Of a stretch of DNA of 64,000 nucleotides, positions 1 to 17,214 are shown piece after piece. The notes beneath the pieces were generated by a model. That model was given only the letters and a program-made list of their open reading frames with translations, made no database searches and was not told the DNA's origin. Source of the DNA: the human T2T-CHM13v2.0 reference genome, Homo sapiens; NCBI RefSeq assembly GCF_009914755.1, contig NC_060930.1; one strand, written 5' to 3'. Position numbers and translations under genes: made by a program. The stretch's first letter is position 1, and every line of letters begins with the position of its first letter.

Positions 1-1409
1 TCAATACTTGACACGTGTGCCATGCATGCATATATCCTCTTATTTGCTGGGAAGTAAATATTAGCCATATTTTACTGGAAGGATTGTATAAAAATTAATT
101 AACTGGCCTACTCTTCTTTTTTTCCTCTGTGCATCTTTCCTGCAATGGTGATGGTAAACTATAATATTGTGTTGTTCAGGTTCAGGATTTAAAACCCAAA
201 AGGAGATGCCCAGGGACTGAATCTTGATATCCAATCTGTTTCTTAACTTTGCTGTTACCTGTTGGACATCATGTCAAAGGTCAGGCAATGCAATATGGTT
301 CTTTCCACAGCAATGTCTCTTATTTTGCTTCTCAATATCTGATATATTTACTTGCTTACAACCTTTTTCCAACATAGTGTAAACATGTCAAAGTTTGTGT
401 GATAGACTGAAATGAAACTGTTTAAATTGTGGGTTTTTAAATGATACTACACAGTCATTTGTTTAGAAAATGGGGAGACTCCAAGTTGACCAGATATGAT
501 AGACTCAGATACTTGTCTAAATTGATCCTGGACCTGACTCATCTGGGACTGAAGTTTGGTTACCAGAACTGCCTTTCATTTCAACTTAAACTTCAAAAAT
601 GCATCAAAGATTTTGATAAGCTTTCTTTGAGTTTACTTTTAGATAATTCCCCCAGATGTAGCTTATAGACTAAAGCATGCCTCTTGACTCGCTACAAAAG
701 AAAATTTCATCCCCTGAAATGGTTCCTTCTTATGCTGCTCAGTAACTGGGGTTGTAAAGAGGCAGACTCACTTGGACTGCTTTCCTTTGGACCATGTTGG
801 AATTGGTAGGAAAGAAAAGGTAAGCATTCTTAAATGAATACACAGAAGCTCAGGACCTTGGGGCCACTTTCACCGGCCCCTCCCTTTGTTATCCCTGTAT
901 CCTAGCTGTCACCAGTTCTCTCAGACTTTTCCTTAAAACAGCAGGAATTTTCATTTGACTTTCACGTCAAGTGTTATAAAAATATTTCTGAGTTTTGAAA
1001 GAAGTATCAACTTCTGTTTTTCTAACTAGTAGCACCAAATAAACTCTGTCCTGGGGATTACTGCCCTTCAGTCTGCTGATTAGTTTGGTCAATGTTTGCC
1101 ATAGTTTTTTAGAAAGGCATGTTAAAAAAAAAATTACATGATGTAGAGTTAGATGAACCCTCAGAATCCTGACTCAGTGATTTATCTCTGAAATTGTGAT
1201 ATATACACCTTTGAGAGATCTCTCTCTCTCTCTCAAAAAAAAAATATATATAAAATCATATGTATGGCTATTGGGTTTTTAAGTACCTTTTATTTTTCAA
1301 CAAGAAAAAACAAAAACAAATTCTACCCAGTCTTTCAAGTTAGCACATTTGTCCTTTCTCCCAAATTCATGAATCAAGTTCTAATTAGTGCCAATAAATC
1401 TGAAAAGGA

Positions 1410-1823
1410 TTTTCTTTTAAAAAAAAAAAGAAAGAAAGAAATTTTATTCCAGCGAGGTTTGCAAATTGGGGAGATGTAGCCTTGGGTACAAAACAAAGGT
1501 GTGTTCCAAGAGAACAAAGAGGGTTTGTGTTGGGTTCCTGCCCAAGTTCCCACTCTGGTCCACTTTCTTAGCGGTGACTGGTTGGCATTTGTTGAATTCT
1601 GATTGGTTGATGCAGGTTGCACTCTAATGGCTGATTCAGGTGGTGTGGACAAGAATAGAAGGCAATGAAAGTCCTAAAGTTTAGTGAGTGTGGGGGTTAT
1701 CCAGAAACGCAGAGTGCATGTGTGACTTCTGGTCAGCAAATGGCTGCTTGGCACTGTTTTGAATTTAGGTCCAATTAGCCACTCAAGATCTATCTTGAAG
1801 GATTGGCTCCTTCAGGGTTCACA
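1410..1823 (-). mobile_element. Solo ERV LTR (resembles the MER74/MER73/MER54 ERVL-type group; family uncertain)
   Basis: Minus strand begins TGTGAACCCTGAAGGAGCCAATCCTTCAAGAT, contains CCAATCAG and ends near an AATAAA (plus 1442-1447 tttatt). Confidence 0.55.
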
Positions 1824-2609
1824 TTTGTAAGCTCCAGACAAAGTTTGTTACTATTCCCTGACTGATTAAATGCTTCATCCTGGGGTCTTCTTCATTTGTT
1901 TTTTGACCGCTAAGTTTCACCAGTGCAAACCACAGATTGCTTCAAACCCATAACAAGAGTTTTCCATCCTTGACCTCTTGATCAGTGATTTGGGATTTTT
2001 ATACTCACATGTAACCATGCTTTTCTGCAATACTATGGTAAAAATCCCAGTCAAGTTGTTTTCAAAAGGGAGTGAGGAAGCTGTATTTTTAGTATTACAG
2101 TGACCCCTGGGTCCTGGGTAAAGGGCAGTTGCAGAAAAAAAGACATGACCAGTTGAGGAACTTTGGCCTTTGGCTCAGAAATATGTCTTGATGGTTCTCT
2201 GGCTGAATTTCCACAGAGATTCTTAGCACAATAAAACTGACAACCATGAGTTTCTCTCAAATGTTTATACTGTAGTTTCTCAACAATATGTGAACACAAT
2301 TGAAGCATTAGAAATAATCTTGAGATTCTTGAAGTTCACAAACATTTGTCCGACCTCAAAAATGCTATAAGTAAGGAATGTTGAATCCCTAGTTCAGAAA
2401 AACCAAATTAAATGAGATAATGTATGTGAACGTATGCTGTGGCTTGTAACTTCCATACAGATGTCATATTTATAGTTTGATAATTTTCTTTTGCTTCCAT
2501 GAAACAAGGTTCAGGTTAGGTCAGTGTTATTCGATTTATATATATGTCGATAGTAAAACACAAATTGAATGGGGTTTAGAATAAGAATTGACTCCTTTCT
2601 TGTTTCTAA

Positions 2610-3110
2610 ATACCAGAGATATCTGTTGTTTTTGCCTGTGCAGCATTCCTTTTATCCCTACTGCTGAGGAAAGTTGTTGTTTTTATTTCAAGAGTAATTG
2701 ATTCTCCATCTCAGTTTTTTGAGTGTGGCTCATTCTATTATCCAATTCCAGGGATGGACAGTAATCTTAACCTGACCAATTAGAATTCTCTGTGATTAGT
2801 TCATGGGTGAGCACAGGACTGCTGCTAACTCGGTGATAATCATGTAGGACTTCCAAGAGAAGTAATCTTATAGTTTCTGGCACTTATGTTTTTGATTGTG
2901 TGGGGACAGCCTGCCTGAGAATGAAGCCAACGTGGAGAAGAGAGGGATGAAGAAAGGAGACACTTTTCTGTTGTCAAAAGTCAAGCTCCTGCATCTACCA
3001 GCGCTCAAAGTCAGTTCTCTTGAATTTCCCGGCTATGTGATCCAATAAACATCTCCATCTTTTTGTCTGTTTAATTAGTTCCAGAGAAGTTTCTGTTACT
3101 GGCAGCGGAG
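2610..3110 (+). mobile_element. Old MaLR/ERVL-type LTR relic (MLT1- or LTR16-like)
   Basis: Degenerate LTR motifs 'cagcctgcctgagaatgaagccaac', 'ccaataaacatctcc', 'ttccagagaagtttctgttactggc'. Confidence 0.45.
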
Positions 3111-3221
3111 TGTTCTGTTTTAGTCCCTCTCTGTCGGTCATTGACTGGCTAAGTAGCTGTGTTCCCTTGGGCATGCCACCTAAATTTTATCAGATTGTTT
3201 CTCCATCTGTAAAATTAAATT

Positions 3222-3650
3222 GTATAATTTAGATCCCAAACGGAAAGCAGATGGCACACTGAAATTAGAATAGTGCAAGCAGTGTTTATTTATAAATGCG
3301 TGGGAATTGGGTAGTATTGGATGAGCTGCTAACACCCCAGCTCCAAAGGGATGAGAGGAGGAGACGTATCAGATAGTCTCACAGAGGACAACACCTTGAA
3401 GGAATAGTGAGCTGTGTCCTGGACAAACTTAACAGGATGGAACCAGGGGAATAAATTCGCTGTCTTCTGTCTCCTTCCTTCCATCCACCTCCTGTGAGGG
3501 TTTCCCACTTGCTAAACACAGCAGGAAGGCAGAAGCAAGAGGGCCTGTTGATGTGGTCCATGGAGCTCACCCTGTGGAGGAAAACAAAACAACAACAACA
3601 AAAAACTGGAAGCAGGGAGAGTGGACCTGGAGGGAAATAGCAGATAACCT
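3222..3650. mobile_element. LTR33-like ERVL solo LTR relic
   Basis: 'cggaaagcagatggcacactgaaatt...ggaaggcagaagcaagagggcctgttgatgtggtcc' resembles LTR33. Confidence 0.5.
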
Positions 3651-3802
3651 TGAACTTGGCTGCTATTTCCAAAATTAAAGAGGAATCAATGAAGGAATTG
3701 GAATGAAGTGAGTTTGAAATTACTTTGGATTCATGTACATATGTAAGTGAGACAAGAGGAGGAAAATATTAAAATTTGTTTTGTTGTCTTTTTTCACATT
3801 TA

Positions 3803-4162
<360 letters not shown>

Positions 4163-5600
4163 TTATTACTTCTAATGACATGGACAAAAAGGGTGAACAT
4201 ATTTGCTAGAGAAATTAGATAATACCATTGTTCAAGTTGTTCTTGAAAGTTTCTTTCAATAATTAGAATGGGATTTTATCTGAGCTTCAATGTTTAAAGT
4301 GGAGAAAAAACTAATTTCATTTCACCTACAGTGGGGTTATATGGCTTTAAATTGCTCAACTACATGGGCTTAATAAAAGTACAAAAAACAGACACTTTTT
4401 TTTTTCCTTGTTTCCAATATAGCTGTTAAATGCAGGCCTGGTATTTCATCTGGTTTCTCTATTGAAGAAACAGTAATTTGTTTCAGTGCTGGAAGAAAAG
4501 CTAACTGTGTGAGGTTTATTTACAGACAGTGAAGTATGTACAAAACCAGGGATATTGTTCTTCATGGGCAACTTAAGGAATGTTCGAGAGTGACTTTGAC
4601 TCTATGCAGCTTTTTCCCCACTGACTTAATTGTTGAGTAGGATGTGTCTCCACTGCATGGCACATAGAATGCTGAGGGAGAAAATAATACTTTCGCATAA
4701 TGTTATGCAGGTCTTGTTAATTTGGAAAATGCTCACTCAATTCCTGTTCTTTGATCAGAACTGTGTCCTTATAAATGTGAAGTATAAATATATGTGTGTT
4801 AACACGTAGCATAGAAAGTCCACCTCCTCCTTGTTGGGAGCGATGGCCTGTGTCTGTAGTAAAATGAGCAGATCAGGCTCCTCCTGTCCTGCATTGCTGT
4901 CTTTCTTCTGTACTCTGATCTAGGGGGGGTCCACATATGGCCAATGGGAGAAGTGCCCACTCAGTATACATGCACCTAATGCGTGGTCCTAAATGCAGTT
5001 CTGCAGACCCCCAAGACTGTTTTGGCCACGGTGGGTTGCAAAATATGCACTGTCTCAAGATTTTATTCATTCCCAAAGGCTTTCCCCACGAGGGGCTTAG
5101 CCTACTGCAGTAAAAATAGACTTCATTGGAAAAGAATGCAAACATATGGTCTTCATTGTCTTCACAAACTTAATTAGAAATCTTACCAAACTGGTGGAGA
5201 TATATTCTCAAATGTTTTTTATTGGTTGCTCAAGGAATATCTGCAACATGTAAAGGAAAACAATAACTAATCTGGAGGACTCACTATAGGCAATTTCTAC
5301 ATCGTAATAGACAATGCGACACTGGCCACACTTATTCCCATTTGCATTGGGGCAATTTCCCATCACTGCTATTTGCATTTCTGCACTCTGTCCTTAAACA
5401 CAATAGAAGAGTTCAAAGCTATTGGATATGACCCAGAAAAAAATAATCCAGTTGCATTACTTGTGAGAAGCATGAAGTTTGGTTTCAAACTAAAAATAGC
5501 TATTTTCATTTTTTTTGGATTATCTGTTACTGCAGGAGATATTGAATACACGTTGTCACATTTACATTTCTATTCACACAACAACATAGGTTAGGGTTAA

Positions 5601-5987
<387 letters not shown>

Positions 5988-6049
5988 TAAATTTTGATCA
6001 TTCTTCTCCCTAAATCTCTCACAGATTTCTCCACTTCTTTCCTGATCCT

Positions 6050-6728
6050 CTACCTCAAACAGATCTCTCCCTCTGCCTGGATAATCCATAGTTCCCTAAC
6101 TAATATCTCTGTATCCACTTTGCTCCATTGTATGCTCTGCTCTGCAGCTAGACTAAACATCAAAGATAGGCATCAAATTATGTCTTTACTGGTTAAATTC
6201 TGGGATGGTTACCCCTTGTCCCTAGAATAAAGTCCAAGCTCCTGTAACATAGTTCATGATCTCTCCTAGCTCTGGCCCATGGCCGCGACTTTAGCCCCAC
6301 TCTTGCTGCCGTCTTCTGCCTTCTCTCTCCAGTCCATGCATCCACACAGGACTTCATAATTCCCTCGAGCACCCCCATCATCCTGCACTATCTTGCCCTC
6401 TTTTATTTCCTCTTTGTCTGAATGCTTTTTCCTACAATTCCCTCAGCTTTCTGCCATGTGTCCCTTAGGTTTTAGCTTACATAGCAGTTCCTTAGACAGT
6501 TAGCCCTAATCCTTTAAAGTGGGTTCCCTTGTTTTTGGTCCCACACAGCTCATCCTTCCCCTTTAAGATACTCTTCATGATCGCAATTGCTTTTTAAAAT
6601 AGCTCTCATTTCCTCTAGAATATAATCTTCATGAAATCAGTGCCCTTGTTTTGTTATCAAGGTATTTTCATCTTGTAATGCAGAACCTGGCACAATGTAA
6701 GCATTCAGTAAGCATATGTTGAATAAGT
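6050..6728. mobile_element. L2 LINE relic
   Basis: 'gaataaagtccaagctcct', 'cctggcacaatgtaagcattcagtaagcatatgttgaataa' (L2 3' end motifs). Confidence 0.6.
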
Positions 6729-6733
6729 AAAGA

Positions 6734-7332
<599 letters not shown>

Positions 7333-7678
7333 AAGATTTTTTAAGAAAACAAATACACTGAGAGGTGACATCACCTGCCCGAAGACACATGGTACAGGTG
7401 GCAGTACCCAGATTAGAACTCAAGTGCGTTTGACGACGCACGTAGCTCCAGCTTTATCTCCATTTCACTGCTGCCCAGTGGAAGGGCCTTATGTGTACTG
7501 GGAAAGTTGATTTATGTTGTTTTCATATTTTTCTTTTAGGGAAAGTATTTGGGGTTCAGTTTTATATAGTGTAAGTCAAACCTCAGCCTGAGTTAACCTG
7601 GTTTTTGCTGACATCACAATAAAAAGAGACATAGGCATTGGTTGTACTCTAAGTTCTTTATGATAATATAACATTTTT

Positions 7679-7903
<225 letters not shown>

Positions 7904-8024
7904 CAAAAACATATTTTAAAACAGTTTTTTGAAAAATATGGCTGACTGGTTAGTGAGAAATCTGCAACTTCTTAAAAAGTCATGTAATCTAAAACTCTCC
8001 TCTGAAAAGCATTATAGACTCTAC

Positions 8025-8363
<339 letters not shown>

Positions 8364-11149
8364 TAATTTTTTTTTATCGTCTAATCTTTCTTAAGCAAAA
8401 TTTTCCTGAAAGATTACTTTTAAATCACACTATTTCTTGGCTATGTACTTTTGCATATGTGTTACCAAGAAGAGAAAGATAAGTTGCTGCTGTATAACTA
8501 TGTTTATGTATATTAATAAAGAAAAGAGGAGGAATGAATTTGTTGGCAAACCTTTGGGATGTGGAAGGTGAATCTGGCTCATGCTTCTCAGCAGTTAGTT
8601 AATTTGTGAAGTTTATGAATTCCTATTCCAAACTATGGTGAGTAACAGAAATGCAAAGATTGGCCCTGGCTTCGTTTAGCATTTTTATGGGTGTTTGCAA
8701 GTACCTCTTTAATATTTAGCAATTTCCAAAGATTACAGGTTGTCTGAAACCCAAGATAATGAGCAATGTAGAAACACCCCTTATGTATTTCTCTCTTCAT
8801 ATCTTATTTCTTTTTCTGGCATTTCTAATGAGATCAGAATAACTGAAGACATGAAAACAGGTATCTGTGGCTAGTTTGTGGCAGGAGGGTGAGCATTTAA
8901 GTTGGTTTTAGTTTTGAACTCAGGAGTAACTGATGTTTGCCATGTGCTTTCTGGAAGTTACCTGATTCCAACTGGCGCCAGCTCAACTCTGAATTGCAGG
9001 GATTTATGGAACAGAGAGTCTGCAAGGCAAGGTACCTGGCTTTCTGACTGGTGAAGGTTTGACTTGCTAGGAAGAGTTTTTCTTTCCAACACAACTTGAA
9101 TACTTGTGGAAGTTATCTTTTTCTCTAGTTATCTTGTTGCCTGCATATAATTTGTAATTTTTCATGGACATTCCTGTGATTCCCAAATTAATTTAGGCAG
9201 CTGTGATGTAGCACTTGTGGTGTTTATGGTGTAACAGTAACAGTGACAATTTCTGAAGATTTGTTGGTTTGTTGTTTGAGAGTTAAGAATGTGAGCTCAA
9301 CCATGCCACTCCCCGTTGTTTGCTTATACAACCGACTAGTTATGGTTGAATTAAGTTGGTTAACATATTTGAGCTTAGAGCTGTCTTCAGCCTCTCCCTG
9401 ACTCCTGTGATTAACATTACTTAGGTGGCATTTGGGAAACTACGACAATGGTTCAAATGACTCATGAATGCAGAAGAAAATTCTCTGTTGCAGTTCACCT
9501 GAAAGATGAACTTGGCTTTGAGTATTAGCAAAGGAATACGTGACTTTTATCTTGAGGTGCTATAAAGCAAAATATCTTTGAAACATTTATTTATTTTACT
9601 GATTTATGTCTTTTGCAATTTTAGAACTAAAATGAACATTCTTTAAGGGGGAAAAAACCCCTGGAAGTGACATTTTCACTAAGAACTCAAGATTTACTAT
9701 TTATTTTCAAATAAAGAGAAATGCTTCATGTGATACTCTTTACAGAGGCCCTTGGTTCATTTCACAACTAATTTCTCAAAATATGAAATTTTTTTTTTTG
9801 GTGAAGCAAAGTGAAAGTCCTAAGTTATGCACCTAAATTGTCTGGAACAAATTCTAAGTGGGTATTTGTTACAGGAAGATTCTTGACAATCTTGGTTTGT
9901 TTGGTAGAAAAATGAATTTACTTATAATAATAATCAGATAAATGCTGTCTGCAGTAGACAGCTTTGTTTTTGAACTAGATCTTCTACTTGTGCAAATTCG
10001 ACCATCAGGAGAGAGAAGAACAAGGTGTACACAAGGTGTATGTGCAAATTGACAGGGTAGAAGAGTAATTGGAGCAATAAAGTCATTTGTTTCTCATCTT
10101 TTATAACAGCTGCCATAGACTGTTTATCTCGCTGTACTCTCCTGTGGATTTAGAAATGAGGGGTCTGCAAGCTGCTATGTCTTGGACAACTCCTTATTGC
10201 TTACTATCACCATTACAAATGGAAGATCTAAAAATCTTGGATGGAGTGGCAAGAAAAGTCACCACTAGATTCTTGATCATTAGATAGACCCTAATTAGAC
10301 AGCATACTTTCTGCCACAGCTCTGTAAATGCCTCATGAGTTGCAAATGTATTTTGAACCCAAAATGGATGCTTTATCAGTAGGTCATTCATTCCTATCTA
10401 AATGCTTTTGTAAACAAACAGTGCCTTGAACTTTCTCATAGTATATTACTACCTTAATTGGTAAAAGACAACATGAATTTGGGATAACTGAGGCCAGCCT
10501 TTGAATGACTCAACTAGACAGTGAAAAAATAACAGGCTATGACCAGGATCATCTCATATTGAAGATACTTTTAGCATCACTCATACTGTAATGTATGAAT
10601 AAATTTATTCAAACTTAAATGTTAACATAGATATTGTGAATACTTTTTCTTGATACAGCATTATGTTATTCACCTCATAAGATAGAAATAATAAACATTA
10701 TTTTCTACCCTAACAGGCTCTGTAGTCTTCTTGGGAAAATAGGACATACAATGAGAAAAAACTTCATAGTCGATCTTCTTAATGATCAGAGATGATTTTA
10801 GATTTGAAAGAGGCTTTCTGACCTCTCAGATCAAGCTCCTTCACAACGTATTTTGCAGAATAGTAGCACACAGTGAACATTCTTGCAAGTGATTCCCCAG
10901 TTAACTCTCCAGCTGTAGAGATGCTCTTTGTTCCCTTCTTTCGAGTATGTACTGATGCCCTCTGCTCAGTGAGCAGTCACCAATGGGGGCCATTCTGTAG
11001 CTCATCTGTCATAGCTCCCTTCAGGTGAGTTGATGCTAAGAAGGCAGTTTTGTTTGTCTTCATCCTGGATTATGCCCATGGTGCTTGTTACTGTAATTAT
11101 ATACTGTAATGAAATACTGTGTAAATCAGTGACATATGAGTGTGTGAAA

Positions 11150-11700
11150 AGAACTATATAAATAAAAACTAAAATTGAACTTTAGCAAGACCCTTGAGTC
11201 AAGAAACATTACTATCAAATTAGGAATCACCTATCAACTATAAACAATTTTTAAAAATCAAATCGTAAGAGTCTGTACTCAGATTTAGTTTCCATTGTTT
11301 TTATATTATTTTAATTAAAAGAACCCAAATCTAGAAATCATAGATGATGTATAGTATGTGTGACTTTTATACACTCACACAAAAGGGAGGGCTGTGCTGG
11401 AAACTCCACTCACAGAACCTACTCAAAGTAGAGACCATGGCCACCTAGAAAGTGAAAGTGAAGCTTTTTTTTTTTTTTTAACATTCGTTGGTTATAATTA
11501 TTGCCTCTGATAAACTTTTTCAATAAAGAAAGACACTACTGGTGCTGATCACTTGGTTAAGGGAGATTCTACCATTGGCTGTAGTTTCCTGTGAGATAGT
11601 CACAGGGTATATACACATATTAAGCTTCTGATAACTTCTGCAGTAAAGAAATTCAATTATGTTTATTTAACTCAGTGTTTCACAAAATTTTTTGGATCTT
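11150..11700. mobile_element. Degenerate Tigger-like (TcMar) DNA transposon relic
   Basis: 'aacccaaatctagaaatcatagatgatg', 'acctactcaaagtagagaccatggcc' recall old Tigger transposase-region consensus. Confidence 0.35.
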
Positions 11701-12462
11701 ACAACTCTTTTCTGGTTCACATTTTGGGGAATTATAATTCTAAAGTAAAACGTTCAATTCTCTACTATTTGTGATATATTATCAGTGTTAAAAACTATCC
11801 TATGTCCTATGGGGAAGACAAAGATAATTCAGACATAGCCGTAACTCTCAGGAGTTTATTATTTAATGTGAGAAAATATACATGCATAATTAAATGTAAT
11901 ATGCTGAGACAGAGAAAAATATGATAAGATAGATTAAAAATCTTAACTTTATATTTGAAGATACTAGGACACAGAGAGGTTTAAATATCTTAGTTAAAGT
12001 TGAGCAGGGTAGCATGAACTAGAAGCCTGATACATCTGACTCCTAGTTGGATATTCTCTTTAGTTCAACATGATATAACATATACACATAGAGTCTGAGA
12101 AGCAGGAAGCAAAGTTTCACAGTTTTCACCGAAATTAATTATTTTTAAGAGAATTGAATTACAAAAATAATTTTATCACTGATTCAGGTTCCTAATTTTG
12201 TTTTATGGAATGTGGAATAATGCATATAAAAAGCAATGTGTATCATTTTTAGTATGCTTCCTTTTAGGTACTTAATTTTTTAAGCATTATTCTTCAATAA
12301 GCCATTCAAACATTCTCCCCGCCCCCAATATTGGTATAAAAGTGTTTTCCCTGGAAAGATAGGCTGTATTGATAGCCAGCCAGTCACTAAAACATACAGA
12401 ATGCCACCTATGACTAGAACAACTAAAGCCTCATCTTCCATGTTATAATACCAAGAAATTTT

Positions 12463-12752
<290 letters not shown>

Positions 12753-13119
12753 TTCAAAAAAAGTTTTCATTGAAAAACATATTTCTGGAAAGTCTTTTAG
12801 TAGTTTGCTCCAATTTATTGGATTAAAAGATCGGAGAAGAGAATACAGATAGTTTTTTAGAAAAATCTGCTATTTGTATGTATTTAGAAAATATATTTTA
12901 TGAAAATAATATTCTTGAACAATACACTTATAATGGTTACTTGTTGAGGGGTTATTCTTGGACAATAAACTTATACAATGACAGAATATCATCTATTCCT
13001 TTTTCTTTATTGCAGTAAAATTTCTTCCTAGAGAAAGAAAAAGGATAAGTTAAAAAAGAAAACACACGCACAACACCACCTAAGATGTTATTTACAGTAA
13101 ATACCAATGTCGTTGTTTC

Positions 13120-13419
13120 TCTTTTTCTCTTTTTTAGAGATAGTGTCTCACTCTGTTGCCCAAGCTGGAGTGCAGTAGTGTGATCATAGCTCACTGTAAC
13201 CTCAGATTCTTGGCCTCAAATGATCCTTCCATCTTAGCCGCCAGAGTAGGTTGGACTACAGACATGCACCATGATACTCAGCTAATTTTTAATTTTTTTT
13301 ATAGAGACGGAGTTCTCACTACGTTTTCCATGCTGAGTGTGAGCTCTTGGCCTCAAGTGATCCTCCCACTTCTGCCTCCTAAAGTGCTGGGATAACAGGT
13401 GAGAACCACTGTGCTTGGC
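13120..13419 (-). mobile_element. AluJ
   Basis: Diverged reverse dimer 'gatcatagctcactgtaacctc'; TSD-like gttgtttct. Confidence 0.9.
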
Positions 13420-14117
13420 ATGTTGTTTCTTTCTAAAATTCAGTGTAGATGTCTAAAAGGCAAGAGACAATAATGTACATTTAAAATCAATATTTTCAGT
13501 TATAAAATTGGAGGATTAAAAATCCCCTTACAATTTTGAAATAGTGCACTTGAATTTTTCATTATTTTATAACCTTCCCTTTTAACCCGTTTCTCTATCT
13601 GAAAATGCTTCTTTATTTGGTAGGTCTGTTTGGTTGTAAAATATAATTCTAGGGTTTTAAACATATGTCCTTATTTTCTGGAAGCAAAGTCCAAGAAATG
13701 CCTGCATAACTGAGCAGTTTTAGAAGTATAGGAATGGCATGTCAAAAACATGGAGATGGGTGAGTAAGCTTTGTCCAGAGAGCCGCTGAAAGTTCAAAGT
13801 TCCTTTTAGCCCATTTTGCCTGGAGCATGGGGTATGTGGTTGGGGTGTATAAAATAATTTAGGGTTAGATTGAGAAGGGACTGATGTGACATGTTGATGA
13901 CTTTGAGTTATTTTCTTAAAGAATGGTAAACTTTTAAGGAGGTTGGAAGTGAGGAAAATTTTTAGGAGGAATATGAAAGCAACGTTTTTTTCCCCTAGAA
14001 AAGCACAGACTAACATAGTTACAGACTATGAGTTTTTCTGTTAAAAACCGGACATCTCAACTATCATTGCCTTAGGTGTAACTACTGTTTCTGCTAAAAT
14101 AAAAAAGAAGAAAACTG

Positions 14118-14203
14118 TGTATAGTTCCTCTTGCATGTCAATTATTCATTTTAAAGGTGATGTATAGTTTTTCTTGCATGTCAGTTATTCATTTTAAAGG
14201 TGA
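14118..14203. repeat. 43-bp tandem duplication (2 copies, 40/43 identical)
   Basis: tgtatagtt(cc/tt)tcttgcatgtca(a/g)ttattcattttaaaggtga x2. Confidence 0.95.
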
Positions 14204-15747
14204 AGCAGCTGCTTTAAGTGTACATTTATAAGAGTGTTTCACTGAAGCAGGATTTTGTCTGCTTGGATAATCTTCCTTCTTTCAGAGATCTTCATTGCTT
14301 TTCCTTTATGAGAGCTCAAAAGAGTATTGGGTATTGAGAAGATTGAGAAAAGACAGGTTTAAAACAAGCTCTGACGTAGTCTGAAAGTGTAATGCAACCT
14401 AAAGAAAGGCAAACCAAGGGAGAGAAGACAGGGGGCTCTTGCGAAGTCCAGGCATGGCAGCTCATGATGTGGATAGATACAAAAGATGTGTTGGTAGAAT
14501 TGCCAGATTTGGATGATTGTAAGGGAAAGGAAGAAAAAAAATTAGTAGAGTTTGTGATTTGGGCAATGAACTATATGGTGAGACAGGAACACTAGACAGG
14601 TCAGAGAGAGGCGAGGTAGAGTGCTTTGCAAGTTCTCGCGTGTCTGTTTCCAGACTAAAGAGTTTGAAGCATTTTCAAGAGAGAAAGATCTCCATACTTA
14701 TCAAAATTACAGGTTCATCAAGAGCTATGATTCCTGCTTCCTGTTAAAGCTGCCTAATGTGATTTTTAGCGTAGCTGCAAACAGATGAGCTTCCCCTTTG
14801 ATTTGGGCAGGGTAAAACAACCCAGGAGAATACTTGTGTTTTTTGTATGTCTTTATTTATTGGTACTATTGCTTTGGTAGCTCAATACCATTAAGTTAAT
14901 ATATGTAGTGTTATTTAAGAGGAGATGTATTACCCAAAAGATAAATTCAAATCTGTATAACAACAGACTGATATATTGTATCTTTTAGTAAAGGAAGTAA
15001 TTGTGTGTCTAATTCTGCCTTTGCTATACAGGAAAATAGCTTTTCCTTGCCATAAGAAATATTTGTTTGAAGAAGGCTGAAGACATATATTTATGTATAT
15101 AGTTGGTTGTTTGAGTGATACAAAAAATGAAGTTAGTAAATATCTGTTACGTCTTCTACCAGAAATTTGACATTCATCGTAAATTGGGCAATGCTATTTT
15201 ACATTATTACTGAAATGAAATGAAACATGTAAAATGAATGAGTTATATTTTATAAGGTAGGACTACTTTGTGGGTGATGTATTTGTAATGGTATTTTATT
15301 ATATGTTTCCTGATGTGAGGGAAATATACATTGTGACATGTTCTGAGGTGATTTAGATTTCTACGGGACAAATGAACTGGGCTTTTTGACTGAGATGAAT
15401 ACATCAAATTGTTTGGTTTAACATTTGATGTTGCTTTACATGTAGACTTCATAATAGAGTTTCGAATATATAAAAGGGTATTCATTCAAGAAACTACAGT
15501 TAGAAAATCATTTTAAATATTTAATGATTTAATTCAGTTTTATTAGTGTGACACTCTTTGCATTGCCAATTAAAAATTGACAAGGGTCTCATCTGTTTTT
15601 TCCCTTTTTGGACAGTATTATTTTAGATTTGTTTGTTCTTATTTTTATAAACAGTGATAAATACTAATTTCTTAAATTGTTTTTCCACATCCAATGAAAT
15701 TACCGAGAAGAAAAGCAGTAAGAAATTTGAAGCATTGAAAACAACAG

Positions 15748-16084
<337 letters not shown>

Positions 16085-16676
16085 TTACTCTGTTGATTCA
16101 GATTCTGTTACTGTTACTTTATGATCATGTCTCTAGAGAAATCTGATTTGCTTTACTCTATGGTACCAGGCTTTGCCAGAATACTGAAACTGTTTCAAGT
16201 CCTAGGACTCAGGCTAGGACACAATGACGCTCTCAATTGCACTGAACCTTGGGGCAAAGAAGAGAGTGAGGCAAGATAGTGGTCAAGCCAACAGTGAGGA
16301 AGAATGAAGAGCGAATTGCATGAACACCACCACTCCCCGCAGTGTGTTCACTGTGAGGAGTTTGTGAGAAGGGAAGGAACCTCAGGTTTATACTTCAGGA
16401 TTATATAGGTATTCCTAGGGTACTGGTTATAGAAATACCATAGAAATCAGAGAGAGACTTTGGCCATATGGGTCACTGTGGTGATTCATATTCACATTCT
16501 ACCTATATTTATTGATATAAGAATCTATGCCCATGTAGCTCTGGACAATTTGATGGCTTGAGAAATTTTACTGACAAGATGAGGGAAGAGGAAGAGAGTA
16601 TATAGATTGTAATATTTACCCAATGGGCAGCAGTTGGCCCCGGGTAGCAAAAGATATAGTTCTCTAGAGTCTCCTA

Positions 16677-16895
16677 GCTTATTCAACCTGCCCACAGGCT
16701 GCATGCGGCCAAGGATGGCTTTGAATGTGGCTCAACACAAATTCATAAACTTTGTTAAAACATTATATAAGATTTATTTGTGAGTATTACTTTTTAGCTA
16801 ATTAGTTATTGTTAGTGCTAGTGTATGTTATGTGTGGCCCAAGACAATTCTTCTTCCAGTGTGGCCCAGGGAAGCCAAAAGATTGGACACCCCTG
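16677..16895. mobile_element. MER30-like hAT-Charlie MITE
   Basis: 'ggatggctttgaatgtggctcaacacaaattc...gtggcccagggaagccaaaagattggacacccctg'. Confidence 0.8.
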
Positions 16896-17214
16896 CTCTA
16901 GACTCTCCTGATGAACCCCCTGCCCTATGCCCGCTGGTAATCAACCACAAAAGTTACCTTTAAATATGCTTCTGAAGAAAACATAATATATGTTTTAGAG
17001 ATAATAGATGTAGATCATTGTTAGCCATCTTCTTTAATTTTGGAAAAACAAATTTAATTCACCAAAATTCACCCCTACTTCTGTGAAACTGTTCAAGACT
17101 TAGCACCACAGGCTACAGGAAAGTAGGAAGTTATGCTGAAAAATGCCTTGGATTTTCTCTATACTGTTGAAAGTTGGAAAGTTATTACCAAAGGTGAGAA
17201 CTGAGCTTCTCATT

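Noticed and set aside
148-220. C/D box snoRNA-like segment (GTGATGG...CTGA)
   Set aside because: Imperfect C box, no terminal stem, no recognisable guide
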